A stretch of DNA of 64,000 bases from a virus (Duplodnaviria > Caudoviricetes), in the IMG/VR virus record IMGVR_UViG_3300028888_000049; one strand, written 5' to 3'. Within the stretch, counting starts at the first letter, position 1, and each line of letters begins with the position of its first letter. Under the pieces are notes generated by a model, which saw nothing but the letters and a program-made list of their open reading frames with translations, did not search any database and was not told the origin of the DNA. Shown piece by piece: positions 1-9,265 of this stretch. The position numbers were made by a program, and so were the translations under genes.

Positions 1-246
1 ATAAAAATCATTATCAATAGCTAATCCTCTTAATTCTTTTTCTTCACAATTTTGTAAAATATTATCAATTTCAATACTTGATGGATTTTTATATACATAT
101 AGATATCTTAAACCAGTATCAACAGCATCAAAATAAAGCAAGGTATTAGCTAATTCATCAATAGAAAATTTAATAGTAGAAGATTCATAAAGTGAAAATC
201 CTATTTTATTTAATTCTGATTCTACTATTTCACGCCATTTAGACAT
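1..246 (-). CDS. partial (3' truncated) protein with shared N-terminal leader MSKWREIVESELNKIGFSLYE; putative internal virion protein
   Basis: Manual translation, open to window edge; leader matches that of 719..1603. Confidence 0.7.
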   Translation of the reverse strand, partial: MSKWREIVESELNKIGFSLYESSTIKFSIDELANTLLYFDAVDTGLRYLYVYKNPSSIEIDNILQNCEEKELRGLAIDNDFY

Positions 247-275
247 TAATATATACTCTAATGAAATAAAAATAA

Positions 276-662
276 TTATTTATTTTGAGGATTATCTTTA
301 TTAGCTATATCCCATGTCATAAGATCATCTTTATTGAAACCGTCTACAAACCCTTTACCAACATATTTATTATTATTTGGCCTTTTGTCACAAAATTCAT
401 TAAATAAATAATATCTCAAATCTTCTAGTTTATCAAGGGCTTTTTGTAATTTTTTATTACCTTTATATTTATTCCAAGCAAGGTGTTGTAAATCATTTTC
501 TGCTTTTTCCAATATATTATCTATTTTTACTAAACCATCATCATAAAAATCTACTTCATAATTATCCATATCATAATCTATAGCTTGAGTTACTGAAGGA
601 TTACCGATATCTTCTTCTAATTTTTGACAAGCTTCTTTAAAAATTCTAATATATTTATTCAT
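276..662 (-). CDS. putative internal virion protein (leader MNKYIRIFKEACQKLEE)
   Basis: ORF, AGGA RBS, GTTCTATTA motif upstream; leader shared with 1707..2096. Confidence 0.6.
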   Translation of the reverse strand: MNKYIRIFKEACQKLEEDIGNPSVTQAIDYDMDNYEVDFYDDGLVKIDNILEKAENDLQHLAWNKYKGNKKLQKALDKLEDLRYYLFNEFCDKRPNNNKYVGKGFVDGFNKDDLMTWDIANKDNPQNK

Positions 663-700
663 TTTGGATTTCCTTAAGATTTAGAAGAATTAAACATAAC

Positions 701-710
701 TAATAGAACT
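701..710 (-). promoter_or_regulatory. class II (putative late/phage-sigma) promoter motif AGTTCTATTA
   Basis: Recurrent motif upstream of many genes (see findings). Confidence 0.6.
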
Positions 711-718
711 ATTTATTT

Positions 719-1603
719 TTATTTAATTCTTCTACTTTTGTATTCAACTGTTTTAATTTCAGGTAATTGATCTATCTGATTATTTTTTAAAACAGCTTTG
801 TGACCTTTTTCATCTCTTAGATATACTGGTAAATTTGGATACATACCTTTAAACATCTTTATATTTTTATTTATTTCTTGAATAACACTATTTAGTTTTT
901 TATTATCAAGATAACTTTTTATATCATTTTCTGACGGATAACGAACTATTAAGCCAATTAAATATTTATTTAAATTATTAATAAACAATGGTTCAATTAA
1001 ATCATCAGAATATTCATCAGGAAATATAAACATATCCTTAATTAAATTATTAAATTTATTAAATTCAATCAAATGATCTAAATTTGATGAATCAAAATGT
1101 TTTTTAAAAAATTGTTTACGAGCTTTATTTATTGCATTATCTATATTTTTAAAAGGAATTTTTAGTTCACCTGTTTTATCATCTACATAACCGCCTAGTT
1201 CTTGTGAATCTACATATTTAAATAGTTCTTCTTTGGATATTTTGAATTTTTCTAATATTTTTTTTAATTCTTTTGAAAAAGTGTGTTTTTCTTGATGAGG
1301 CGGTATAACTTTAAACTCATCTGCGCTATTCATAAATCTATATATTTTATAGTTATCTGATAATTTATCACCATCTAATATTAATGTATAATAACTAAAA
1401 TGATGCCAACCTTTATCGTTAAACCACCCTTCATGCTTATCAAAAGATATACCACTACTAGTTTTAGCTTTTAAACAATTACTTTTAAGTATTTCTTGTA
1501 TATTCGATGTATTATGATATAAAGGGCCTACTTGTTTAGCTTCTTCTAGCGTATATCCAAATTCTTTTAAAACTGATTCTACTATTTTTTTGAATTCCGA
1601 CAT
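719..1603 (-). CDS. putative internal virion protein, possible ADP-ribosyltransferase-like fold
   Basis: Shared leader ending LEE, then LYHNTS...ISF pattern; fold call weak. Confidence 0.45.
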   Translation of the reverse strand: MSEFKKIVESVLKEFGYTLEEAKQVGPLYHNTSNIQEILKSNCLKAKTSSGISFDKHEGWFNDKGWHHFSYYTLILDGDKLSDNYKIYRFMNSADEFKVIPPHQEKHTFSKELKKILEKFKISKEELFKYVDSQELGGYVDDKTGELKIPFKNIDNAINKARKQFFKKHFDSSNLDHLIEFNKFNNLIKDMFIFPDEYSDDLIEPLFINNLNKYLIGLIVRYPSENDIKSYLDNKKLNSVIQEINKNIKMFKGMYPNLPVYLRDEKGHKAVLKNNQIDQLPEIKTVEYKSRRIK

Positions 1604-1630
1604 TAAAATTTCCCTAATTGCTTAATTAAC

Positions 1631-1675
1631 TAATAGAACTACTATAGTTTTGTAATTATTTATAAAGTTCTAAAT
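1631..1675. promoter_or_regulatory. divergent pair of class II promoter motifs
   Basis: taatagaact at 1631-1640 (-) and agttctaaat at about 1666-1675 (+). Confidence 0.55.
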
Positions 1676-1706
1676 AAAAGTGTCTTATTTTTTTAGGAAT
1701 AGTCTT

Positions 1707-2096
1707 ATGAATAAGTATATTCAGTATTTTAGAGAAGCAGTTGAAGAGTTAGAAGAAGGTGATATTATCTCTTTTAATAGAAAGTTAGATAATCATCATT
1801 TTAAAATGGACTTAGATAAGTTACGTCAGTTAGGTGTAAGTTATCATTTATCTAGATTCTTAAATAGAGTTAATACTACTAAATATATGTCATTACTAGA
1901 AAAAGAAGCTTATGATGATCGTAATTTAAGATTATTTTTAAATGAAGTTATGGAAAATATAAGAAAAGATGAAGCTTTGTCTTATGATTTTGATTTAGTT
2001 AAAGAAAGATATGCTGGAAGTGATATTAAAGATTATTTGTTTTTAGGGAAGTTATTATCACTTATTAAAGGTTTTGAAGTATCTTTGGCTGCGTAA
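1707..2096 (+). CDS. putative internal virion protein, C-terminus ...SLAA
   Basis: AGGA RBS before ATG 1707; leader MNKYIQYFREAVEELEE. Confidence 0.6.
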   Translation: MNKYIQYFREAVEELEEGDIISFNRKLDNHHFKMDLDKLRQLGVSYHLSRFLNRVNTTKYMSLLEKEAYDDRNLRLFLNEVMENIRKDEALSYDFDLVKERYAGSDIKDYLFLGKLLSLIKGFEVSLAA

Positions 2097-2130
2097 TATT
2101 TAATTGTTCTTATCTATATTTTTTAATTTT

Positions 2131-2163
2131 TGGTTTTACATTTAACATTTTTAAATTTATATT
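2131..2163 (+). promoter_or_regulatory. class I sigma70-type early promoter (GGTTTTACA-17-TATATT)
   Basis: TTTACA 2135-2140, 17 nt spacer, TATATT; motif recurs about 20 times. Confidence 0.75.
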
Positions 2164-2186
2164 ATTTTTATTGAAAGGATAATGTA

Positions 2187-2510
2187 ATGTTAGATGATAC
2201 TCTTAAACTAAAAATTAAAAATAAAATAGTACAGTTATTTTCTTTAGATGATACTGTTGAAGTAGATATTTTTTCTCATTTAAATAAACGTTATTTTAAC
2301 ACATATTGGATTACTTTTGTTAAAGATGGTAAGCTAGTAAATTCTTCTATTATTTTTGACAAAGCTAAAGATATTATTGATAAGGTAAATGGTTTATGTC
2401 TTATTCATTATGAAGATAAAAGTCAATTTGATATTTTTGGTATTTATGCAGATAAAATTGAAGATTTTTTAAATCAAGATATTACAGAATTAACTATAAA
2501 ATTGTTTTAG
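2187..2510 (+). CDS. hypothetical protein
   Basis: ORF with AAGGA RBS after early promoter. Confidence 0.7.
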   Translation: MLDDTLKLKIKNKIVQLFSLDDTVEVDIFSHLNKRYFNTYWITFVKDGKLVNSSIIFDKAKDIIDKVNGLCLIHYEDKSQFDIFGIYADKIEDFLNQDITELTIKLF

Positions 2511-2519
2511 GATTATAAA

Positions 2520-3104
2520 ATGCAAACTAGAAAATCAAAAGGATTACAAGTAGATCATACTAATGAAATGGTAGGTAAATATTATATTGATGCTTTTGTA
2601 GGATTTGATAGTCATAGAGTAGCTGTCTATAAAGCTCATTGTGTAGATTGTGGTAAAGTGATAATTGGGCGTTATCAAAGAATTAAAAATAATAGATTTT
2701 GTAATTGTGACCTTATAAAAATTAATAGTGAAAATCGATTTAATAGAGTACGCAATAGGATAGTTAAAGGTTATAAAGTACTTGATTATTATATGTCTCA
2801 TAATGCATTACATTATATATTAGAATGTGTTAATTGTCATAAGAAAAATTATATTATAGCTTCTCAATTAAAGACTGTTAAAAGATGTACATGTCAGCAT
2901 TGTGATACAGGAAGATTAAAAGGTAAACATGATGGTGAAATCATAGGTGATTTTATTTTAGAAGATACAGGTGAGACATTAAAAAACAATAGAAATAGAA
3001 AGTATAAAGCTGTTTGTATGTATTGTGGAGATATTAAGTTTGGACAATATGGTGATTTAATAAAAAGATGTAGTTGTAAACATAAAAAGTATGGAAATAA
3101 TTAA
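2520..3104 (+). CDS. repeated zinc-ribbon protein (three CxxC...CxC units, HNH-accessory-like)
   Basis: CVDCG/CNC, CVNCH/CTC, CMYCG/CSC. Confidence 0.6.
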   Translation: MQTRKSKGLQVDHTNEMVGKYYIDAFVGFDSHRVAVYKAHCVDCGKVIIGRYQRIKNNRFCNCDLIKINSENRFNRVRNRIVKGYKVLDYYMSHNALHYILECVNCHKKNYIIASQLKTVKRCTCQHCDTGRLKGKHDGEIIGDFILEDTGETLKNNRNRKYKAVCMYCGDIKFGQYGDLIKRCSCKHKKYGNN

Positions 3105-3777
3105 TATGGAAATGGTAAGTATTACACTTGTAGATAATAAAGAGCGTGAGTTATGTACTTATAAAACAGCTCGTTTTCTTGCATTAGAGTTAGTAGAATA
3201 TTTAAGTAATAGTTATTTTAAAACACATATGGCTAAAACTCAGCCTTGTAAAGAAGATTTAGTTAATTTTTTGTATCCATGCTTAACTAGTAATAGTGAC
3301 GAAATAATTATTTATCTTAATGCACTTGATAAATTAGATAATGACTTTGTTAGATTAAATCCAAAAAGACATGCTAAAGTATTAATTAGAGCTTTGTTAG
3401 CTGGTGTTAGAAGCGCTCATAAAAATCACAAATTACTAAATAATAATGATTTATATAATAACGGTATTCCAATATTTGCGATAGATGATAAACTTAATCA
3501 TACATGGATAGCAAGATTTTCTAATTTTAAAATTAAAGTATTTATTGCATATTTAATGAGAGTTTATAAATTAGATAAAAATATAGCATATGATCTTTAT
3601 AAAAATGCTATTAAACATAAAGAATTAGGTATAAATTTTGATAAAGTACTTGGTGAAGAAACGAAAAATTTTTTAATTAAACTTTATAGTCTTTCAAAAT
3701 ATGATGATTACAAGTTACATTATCTGTTAATAGAAGATTTTGAAAATGAATATCGTAAAAAATATTCACAATTATAA
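3091..3777 (+). CDS. hypothetical protein
   Basis: ORF in operon. Confidence 0.65.
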   Translation: MEIINMEMVSITLVDNKERELCTYKTARFLALELVEYLSNSYFKTHMAKTQPCKEDLVNFLYPCLTSNSDEIIIYLNALDKLDNDFVRLNPKRHAKVLIRALLAGVRSAHKNHKLLNNNDLYNNGIPIFAIDDKLNHTWIARFSNFKIKVFIAYLMRVYKLDKNIAYDLYKNAIKHKELGINFDKVLGEETKNFLIKLYSLSKYDDYKLHYLLIEDFENEYRKKYSQL

Positions 3778-3846
3778 TTTTTAGTTTTACAATTAACTTT
3801 TTCGATTGTATATAAACAATTAATAAAATAATGAAAGGTGTAAATA

Positions 3847-4254
3847 ATGACAAAAAATAAAAAGAATTCTAAAGAACAAGAACAATTTGATTGTTGTGGT
3901 AAGTGTGAAGAATGTAAATATAGAGATCATTGTAAGCCACAAGTTTTAAGAAAGAAAGCTTTAGAAAATCCAGATATATTACCATTTCAGGGTGAAGATA
4001 TTAGAAATGTTGCTGATTACTTTCCTCATATTGATGAATTACAAGAAAAAGTTTGTGCAGATGAAGCAGCAGATATTATGGAAGATTTTAAAGAAAAATT
4101 TCCTGATTTTTATGAATTATTAGAAGAATATAGTTGTATGGATTTACATTTGAGATTAGCCTATAAAAATAGTATGAATATATTAGGTTTAATTGATGAT
4201 ACAGAAGAATCTGATACTGAAGAAGAAGATGACGAATTCACAGAAGATTTATAA
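3847..4254 (+). CDS. hypothetical protein, Cys cluster and acidic tail
   Basis: ORF, RBS, early promoter at 3786. Confidence 0.7.
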   Translation: MTKNKKNSKEQEQFDCCGKCEECKYRDHCKPQVLRKKALENPDILPFQGEDIRNVADYFPHIDELQEKVCADEAADIMEDFKEKFPDFYELLEEYSCMDLHLRLAYKNSMNILGLIDDTEESDTEEEDDEFTEDL

Positions 4255-4266
4255 GAGGTAATTAAA

Positions 4267-4656
4267 ATGAACGTTCCACAAATCTTTGATGCTTTTGGTA
4301 AATATATTGTATATTGTTTAGGTGAAGAATATAAAAATATTGAAAATATGTATTTTAATTATAATACAGGTGTAGCATTATTAAGATTTGATAAATCTGA
4401 TATTTTTGATATGCTTGACGAAGCAGATGATGAAAGTATTTCTTTTGATCAACTTACATCGAGTGAATTTAGTCGTTTTGAAAAATTCATTAATTCTTTA
4501 CAAATTCCGTACTTAGAGCCTAAAAAATTATATTTAGGTGGAGATTTATATTTTACTGTTACTGTATTTGTTGAAATTGCGCATGATGTACAGAATTTAA
4601 AAGAACTCACTAATCTTTTAATAGTTAAAGGCTTTTTATCAAGCGAAGATTTGTAA
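4267..4656 (+). CDS. hypothetical protein
   Basis: ORF, GAGG RBS. Confidence 0.7.
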   Translation: MNVPQIFDAFGKYIVYCLGEEYKNIENMYFNYNTGVALLRFDKSDIFDMLDEADDESISFDQLTSSEFSRFEKFINSLQIPYLEPKKLYLGGDLYFTVTVFVEIAHDVQNLKELTNLLIVKGFLSSEDL

Positions 4657-4725
4657 TTTTTGGTTTTACATTTTACTTTTTATATGTTATTTATAATTTA
4701 TCAATGAATAATATAGGAGAAAGAG

Positions 4726-5673
4726 ATGAAATTATATAAAAGTTATATTGATAAAAATGGTAAGACAAGATGGATTAAGAAAAACTTTAAAGAATTAATC
4801 GAATCTTTACATCCATGTCCAATATGTGGTCAGCATCATCTTCGTATTGATAATACATATGGTTGGACAAATGCTGCTATTTGGTGTCAAAATTGTAAAC
4901 ATCATATAGAAGGTAAAAATTTATCAGAAACAATGGATAGATGGAATGCTGAATTTGAAAAAGTAGAACCAAAATTTGAACAAGCTAAAGATGAAAGGAA
5001 AGAGATGTTAGCTACAATTAAAGAATTAAACAAAATAGAACCAAAAGAAGAATATAATCCAAGAAAAGGCATGGGTGTTCGTATTAAAATTGACGATGAA
5101 GTTTTTAATACATTAAAAGAAGCTGCAGCATTCTTAGAAATTGATTGCTCTTACTTAAATAAAACATTAAAAACTAAGAATCCGGCTATTGTTAGAGGTT
5201 TTACAGTAGAGCGACTTTCTGAATTTCATAAAAGAAATCGTAAAAGTAACAATTTTCGCATTATTAATGAAAATACTAATGAAGTATTTAAAAGTTATAA
5301 AGAATGTGCTAGTAAATATCATATTAAAGCTAAAGATTTAAAACGTAATATTGAATTATTTAATAAATATATTATGCGTACAGGTGAAATATTACGTGTA
5401 ACTACTGAAGAAAATACTTCAAATACTGATACAAATAAAAAGCAAGTTATTAATTCTTTGACAGCAGTAGAAAATTCTGTAGTAATTGATACACCTTCTG
5501 TTAATGATAAAGTTCAGAATATTACAAAAGAAGAAATTAAAGAAAATATAGAAACTCAAAAGTATGAGATCACAAATGCCGTTAAAGCTGGTATTTATGA
5601 TGCTTTAAAAGTTTGTGCAGAAAATGAAGATATTATTACACTGAATAAATTACTTAAAATTATTGCAGAATAG
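4726..5673 (+). CDS. Lar-like zinc ribbon plus NUMOD1-like DNA-binding repeats
   Basis: PCPICG...CQNC...WN; FNTLKEAA and FKSYKECA repeats. Confidence 0.55.
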   Translation: MKLYKSYIDKNGKTRWIKKNFKELIESLHPCPICGQHHLRIDNTYGWTNAAIWCQNCKHHIEGKNLSETMDRWNAEFEKVEPKFEQAKDERKEMLATIKELNKIEPKEEYNPRKGMGVRIKIDDEVFNTLKEAAAFLEIDCSYLNKTLKTKNPAIVRGFTVERLSEFHKRNRKSNNFRIINENTNEVFKSYKECASKYHIKAKDLKRNIELFNKYIMRTGEILRVTTEENTSNTDTNKKQVINSLTAVENSVVIDTPSVNDKVQNITKEEIKENIETQKYEITNAVKAGIYDALKVCAENEDIITLNKLLKIIAE

Positions 5674-5681
5674 GAGTTATC

Positions 5682-6155
5682 ATGAACAGTGTATTTTATG
5701 TTAGTGCTGTAATACTTTGTGTTATATTAATGATATTGTTTGAAAGAATTATTTCACGATTAAAATATGTGCATAAAGTATCAGATTGGGCAGATAATAA
5801 AGAAAGCTATGACGGTATTTGTCGTTATGGTGATGAACATGCAAGAATTTTTCATGATATACATAGTAAACAGTTAAAAGAATTTTTTGAAAAATACAAT
5901 TTAGATGATAGAATTAGTTTTTCTGAATTTTCAATGCTTGTAGAAGCGGAAACAGATAATACTATTTATAAAAAAGTAAATAAAAACGCTTATAAAGTTA
6001 AATATTGTATTTATAAAGATAAATTTGAAGCATTTGAATGCTTTACTGATCCAGAAATTTTTACAAAAGTATATGGTAGTAATGCAATAGGATATTCACT
6101 ATATATTAATGAAAAAGGCGTTTGTTATTGCGTTATTTTGTGTAGAAGGGATTAA
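5682..6155 (+). CDS. hypothetical membrane-anchored protein
   Basis: N-terminal hydrophobic helix. Confidence 0.6.
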   Translation: MNSVFYVSAVILCVILMILFERIISRLKYVHKVSDWADNKESYDGICRYGDEHARIFHDIHSKQLKEFFEKYNLDDRISFSEFSMLVEAETDNTIYKKVNKNAYKVKYCIYKDKFEAFECFTDPEIFTKVYGSNAIGYSLYINEKGVCYCVILCRRD

Positions 6156-6159
6156 CATC

Positions 6160-6507
6160 ATGGTTAAAAAAGTAATTTATGATAATGAAGAATATAAGAG
6201 TTTACAGGAACTCGCTAATAGATTATGTATCACAAAACAGCGAGTGTGTCAATTAGTTAAAATGCACGGTGATGTATTAACGAAAGAAGATATTCAACAA
6301 CATTTTAATAAAAATTCTGTTAAAGCTAATAGATTTGAAACTAGAATTAATAAAACATTAAAAAAAGTAAATTGTAATACTATTGATGATTTGATTAATG
6401 TTTCTAAAAGTGAATTACTCAGAACTCCAGGAGTTGGAATTAAAGTTGTTACTGAATTAGAAAATAGATTAAGTAAAAAAGGCTTAAAATTTAATGACGT
6501 GGATTAA
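6160..6507 (+). CDS. HTH plus RNA polymerase alpha-subunit C-terminal-domain-like protein
   Basis: RINKTLKKVNCNTIDDLINVSKSELLRTPGVGIKVVTELENRL matches alpha-CTD pattern; start moved to ATG 6160 (AAGGGA RBS). Confidence 0.75.
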   Translation: MVKKVIYDNEEYKSLQELANRLCITKQRVCQLVKMHGDVLTKEDIQQHFNKNSVKANRFETRINKTLKKVNCNTIDDLINVSKSELLRTPGVGIKVVTELENRLSKKGLKFNDVD

Positions 6508-6964
6508 GCGAATAACAACAAATGAATTAATATCACAAGCTCATTATAAGGGTATTTCTTTAAATGAATATAAATTTGCTGCTATAATATATGGTCCATA
6601 TAGAAATAAAATATTAAAAAGATTAACTAAAATTTGTAATTGGTCTATTTATTCTAAATTTATAGAATGGGTTGCATGTGGAGAATATCGCTATAATAAG
6701 TTTTATAGATCATATACACAAAAAAGATTATCTCAAGAATGGCCAGTATTCTTTATAGGTACATTTTCAGATAGAATGAAATTTTTATTAAAGTTATCAT
6801 ATAATATAGATATATTTCATTGGAATGATGATACTGATGATAAAATTATTGAAGCAATTAAAAATGAATTAAAAACTAATTGTATAAAAGAAATGCATAC
6901 TTCTCGATATTTTAGAGAAGTATCAGATCAATTTATTATAACAGATAATAGACAAAAAGGATAA
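6494..6964 (+). CDS. hypothetical protein
   Basis: ORF in operon. Confidence 0.6.
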   Translation: MTWIKRITTNELISQAHYKGISLNEYKFAAIIYGPYRNKILKRLTKICNWSIYSKFIEWVACGEYRYNKFYRSYTQKRLSQEWPVFFIGTFSDRMKFLLKLSYNIDIFHWNDDTDDKIIEAIKNELKTNCIKEMHTSRYFREVSDQFIITDNRQKG

Positions 6965-6968
6965 TAAG

Positions 6969-7289
6969 ATGATTAATATTGGAAAAGGAACTTATATTTT
7001 TGTGAGAGCTGGATTTGGAAAAATTAATGATAAATTGTATAAAAAAGAATTTCCTTTATACGATCCAGATTGTAATTGTTGCGGTAAATGTGCTATTATG
7101 CCAGAAAATGATCTTGTAGTACATATCACGATGGATAGAAGTGTTGATTTAGATACTAATGCTTATTTCACAATTGAACCTCGTGCTTATACAGTTGAAG
7201 GTGAAGAAATAGTAGATATTAAGTATTTCATGTTTGTTACAGAAAATACTTCTAAAATTTTTACACCAATTCCTATGAAAAAATTTTAA
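6969..7289 (+). CDS. hypothetical protein
   Basis: ORF, AAGGA RBS. Confidence 0.65.
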   Translation: MINIGKGTYIFVRAGFGKINDKLYKKEFPLYDPDCNCCGKCAIMPENDLVVHITMDRSVDLDTNAYFTIEPRAYTVEGEEIVDIKYFMFVTENTSKIFTPIPMKKF

Positions 7290-7356
7290 TTTTGGTTTTA
7301 CATTTAACATTTAATTGATAATATGTTTATATAAAAACATAATGAAAGGATAAAAA

Positions 7357-8967
7357 ATGTCAGAAGCAACACGTTTAAAATTACAAGAACAAGAACATAC
7401 AAGAGAAAGAGTACGTTATAATAGACGTCAAGAAGAAAAATCAGAAATTGAAGAAAATACATTTTTTAATATTATGGTTGATCAATCTATTTCACCTGAA
7501 GATAAAGTAAAGCAAGTAGCAAAAGCTTTAACTTTTACTAATGATAAAGAAAAAGATAGAGCCAATATTAAAGAATTTGAGCAATTCAAAGAGTATTTAC
7601 AACAACAATCTGAAGAAATGTCTCGTCAACGTATTCAGATGACTGATACTGGTACTTTTTCAGAACTTCAAAAGGTATATGGTGATTTTAATAATGATTT
7701 GAATGATTTCATTGAAAAGATTAAACCATTAACTGATACTACAGATGCTTTGTATACATTGCGTAAAAATGGTGAAACACGTTCTGTATTAGCAAAAATT
7801 CAGCAAGATAAAGCAAATCGTAGAGATTTAGAAGAAGAGCTTCAAAATCTGATGAATGAACTTTATAATACAGATAATCAACTTAATGATTTACAATTTG
7901 AAAATACAAAATTAGCAGAAGATAAATCTTTCTTCGGATTTGGTAATATTAAACCTGAATCTAAAGCTAAAATTGTACAAAATGAAAGTTTAATTACTCA
8001 ATTAACTACAGTAAAAGAAGAACTTAATACTAAAATAACAGATGTACAAGCAAAATTAACTAATATGGATTCGGGTGAAGGTTATTCTTTTGAAGCACAA
8101 AAGTTAAGAGAGTTATTAAATCTTAATTCAGAAGAGCATATTCAAAGACAAGCTGATTTAGTACAATCTGCTCTTACATTCATTACTACAGGTAAAGAAC
8201 GTTTTGGATCAATTCGTGAACATCTTGGATTAATGGATAAGCAAATTGAAGGTTTAACTGATAATAACAGTAAAATGTTACAAACCTATGCTATTCTTAA
8301 TGATGCTACAAAGCAAGCAGAAGAAGCTAATAAAAAACAAAGAGAAGAATTATTAGCTAAGCCAGAACCAGAGAGTGCTGTTGCTAAAATGCAATTAGAT
8401 TCACAAAAGAGAGATCTTGATGAACATATTGATACAGTTTCTCAATCAACAGTAGATACAATGCAAACTTATGGTGAATTATCTATTGAAGAAATTAAAT
8501 TGCGTAATATGTCAGCTGCAACAAAGAATCAATCTCAAGCTGCTGCTACAATGCATTCTAGAGGTATTGCATCGGTTGCATCTCAGTTATCTGTTGTATT
8601 AACAGCTGTTAATAGTGCTGCGATTAATGAATCTCAAGTTATGGCTTCTGATACATTAACACAGATGGCAAATGTAACTAATGATGTTGCTAAGAAAGAA
8701 TCAATTAGAATTGCAACTGGTCGTGATGATGTTAATATCGAACTTGAAAAGACATTACAAGATCTTGTTGCATTTGGTGATACACAACGTCAAGCCACGG
8801 ATATTACTCGTGATGCTATTGCAACAATGCGTAATAATTTAGACGAATTAGAGAAGTTATCTAAAGATGTACAAGGTGATACTGCTGAATTTGTAGCTGT
8901 TACTGCAGATACTATTTCAGATAAAAAAGAAAAGAAAGCTAGTAAATCATCTAAATCACTTTTTTAG
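7357..8967 (+). CDS. long coiled-coil protein, TelA/toxic-anion-resistance-like
   Basis: All-helical heptads, KSFFGFG motif; family call is inference. Confidence 0.5.
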   Translation: MSEATRLKLQEQEHTRERVRYNRRQEEKSEIEENTFFNIMVDQSISPEDKVKQVAKALTFTNDKEKDRANIKEFEQFKEYLQQQSEEMSRQRIQMTDTGTFSELQKVYGDFNNDLNDFIEKIKPLTDTTDALYTLRKNGETRSVLAKIQQDKANRRDLEEELQNLMNELYNTDNQLNDLQFENTKLAEDKSFFGFGNIKPESKAKIVQNESLITQLTTVKEELNTKITDVQAKLTNMDSGEGYSFEAQKLRELLNLNSEEHIQRQADLVQSALTFITTGKERFGSIREHLGLMDKQIEGLTDNNSKMLQTYAILNDATKQAEEANKKQREELLAKPEPESAVAKMQLDSQKRDLDEHIDTVSQSTVDTMQTYGELSIEEIKLRNMSAATKNQSQAAATMHSRGIASVASQLSVVLTAVNSAAINESQVMASDTLTQMANVTNDVAKKESIRIATGRDDVNIELEKTLQDLVAFGDTQRQATDITRDAIATMRNNLDELEKLSKDVQGDTAEFVAVTADTISDKKEKKASKSSKSLF

Positions 8968-8969
8968 AA

Positions 8970-9042
8970 TATTCGTTATAAAAAGTGCTGAAAAGTGGCA
9001 ATTATTCGCTATAAAAAGTGTAAAAGTTGCCACTTCTTCACT
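8970..9042 (+). repeat. imperfect direct repeat (tattcgYtataaaaagtg x2) overlapping an inverted repeat (aagtggcaa/ttgccactt)
   Basis: Seen in sequence. Confidence 0.6.
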
Positions 9043-9058
9043 AGAAAAAGGTGAATGA

Positions 9059-9250
9059 ATGTATATAATTGAAGTAGTTAAATATGCTAAAACAAATGAT
9101 GGAGTAATAGAATTACGTAAACCTGTTGGTATATTTAAAAATAAATTTAATGCTGAAGATCACATTGCACTTTATAGTGAAAAATATCTTGATAATGATT
9201 ATAATAGTGAATGTAATCTTGAAATAAGAGAATTGGATTCAGATTTATAA
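9059..9250 (+). CDS. hypothetical protein
   Basis: ORF, AAGG RBS. Confidence 0.6.
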   Translation: MYIIEVVKYAKTNDGVIELRKPVGIFKNKFNAEDHIALYSEKYLDNDYNSECNLEIRELDSDL

Positions 9251-9265
9251 AAGAAAGTATTAAAA

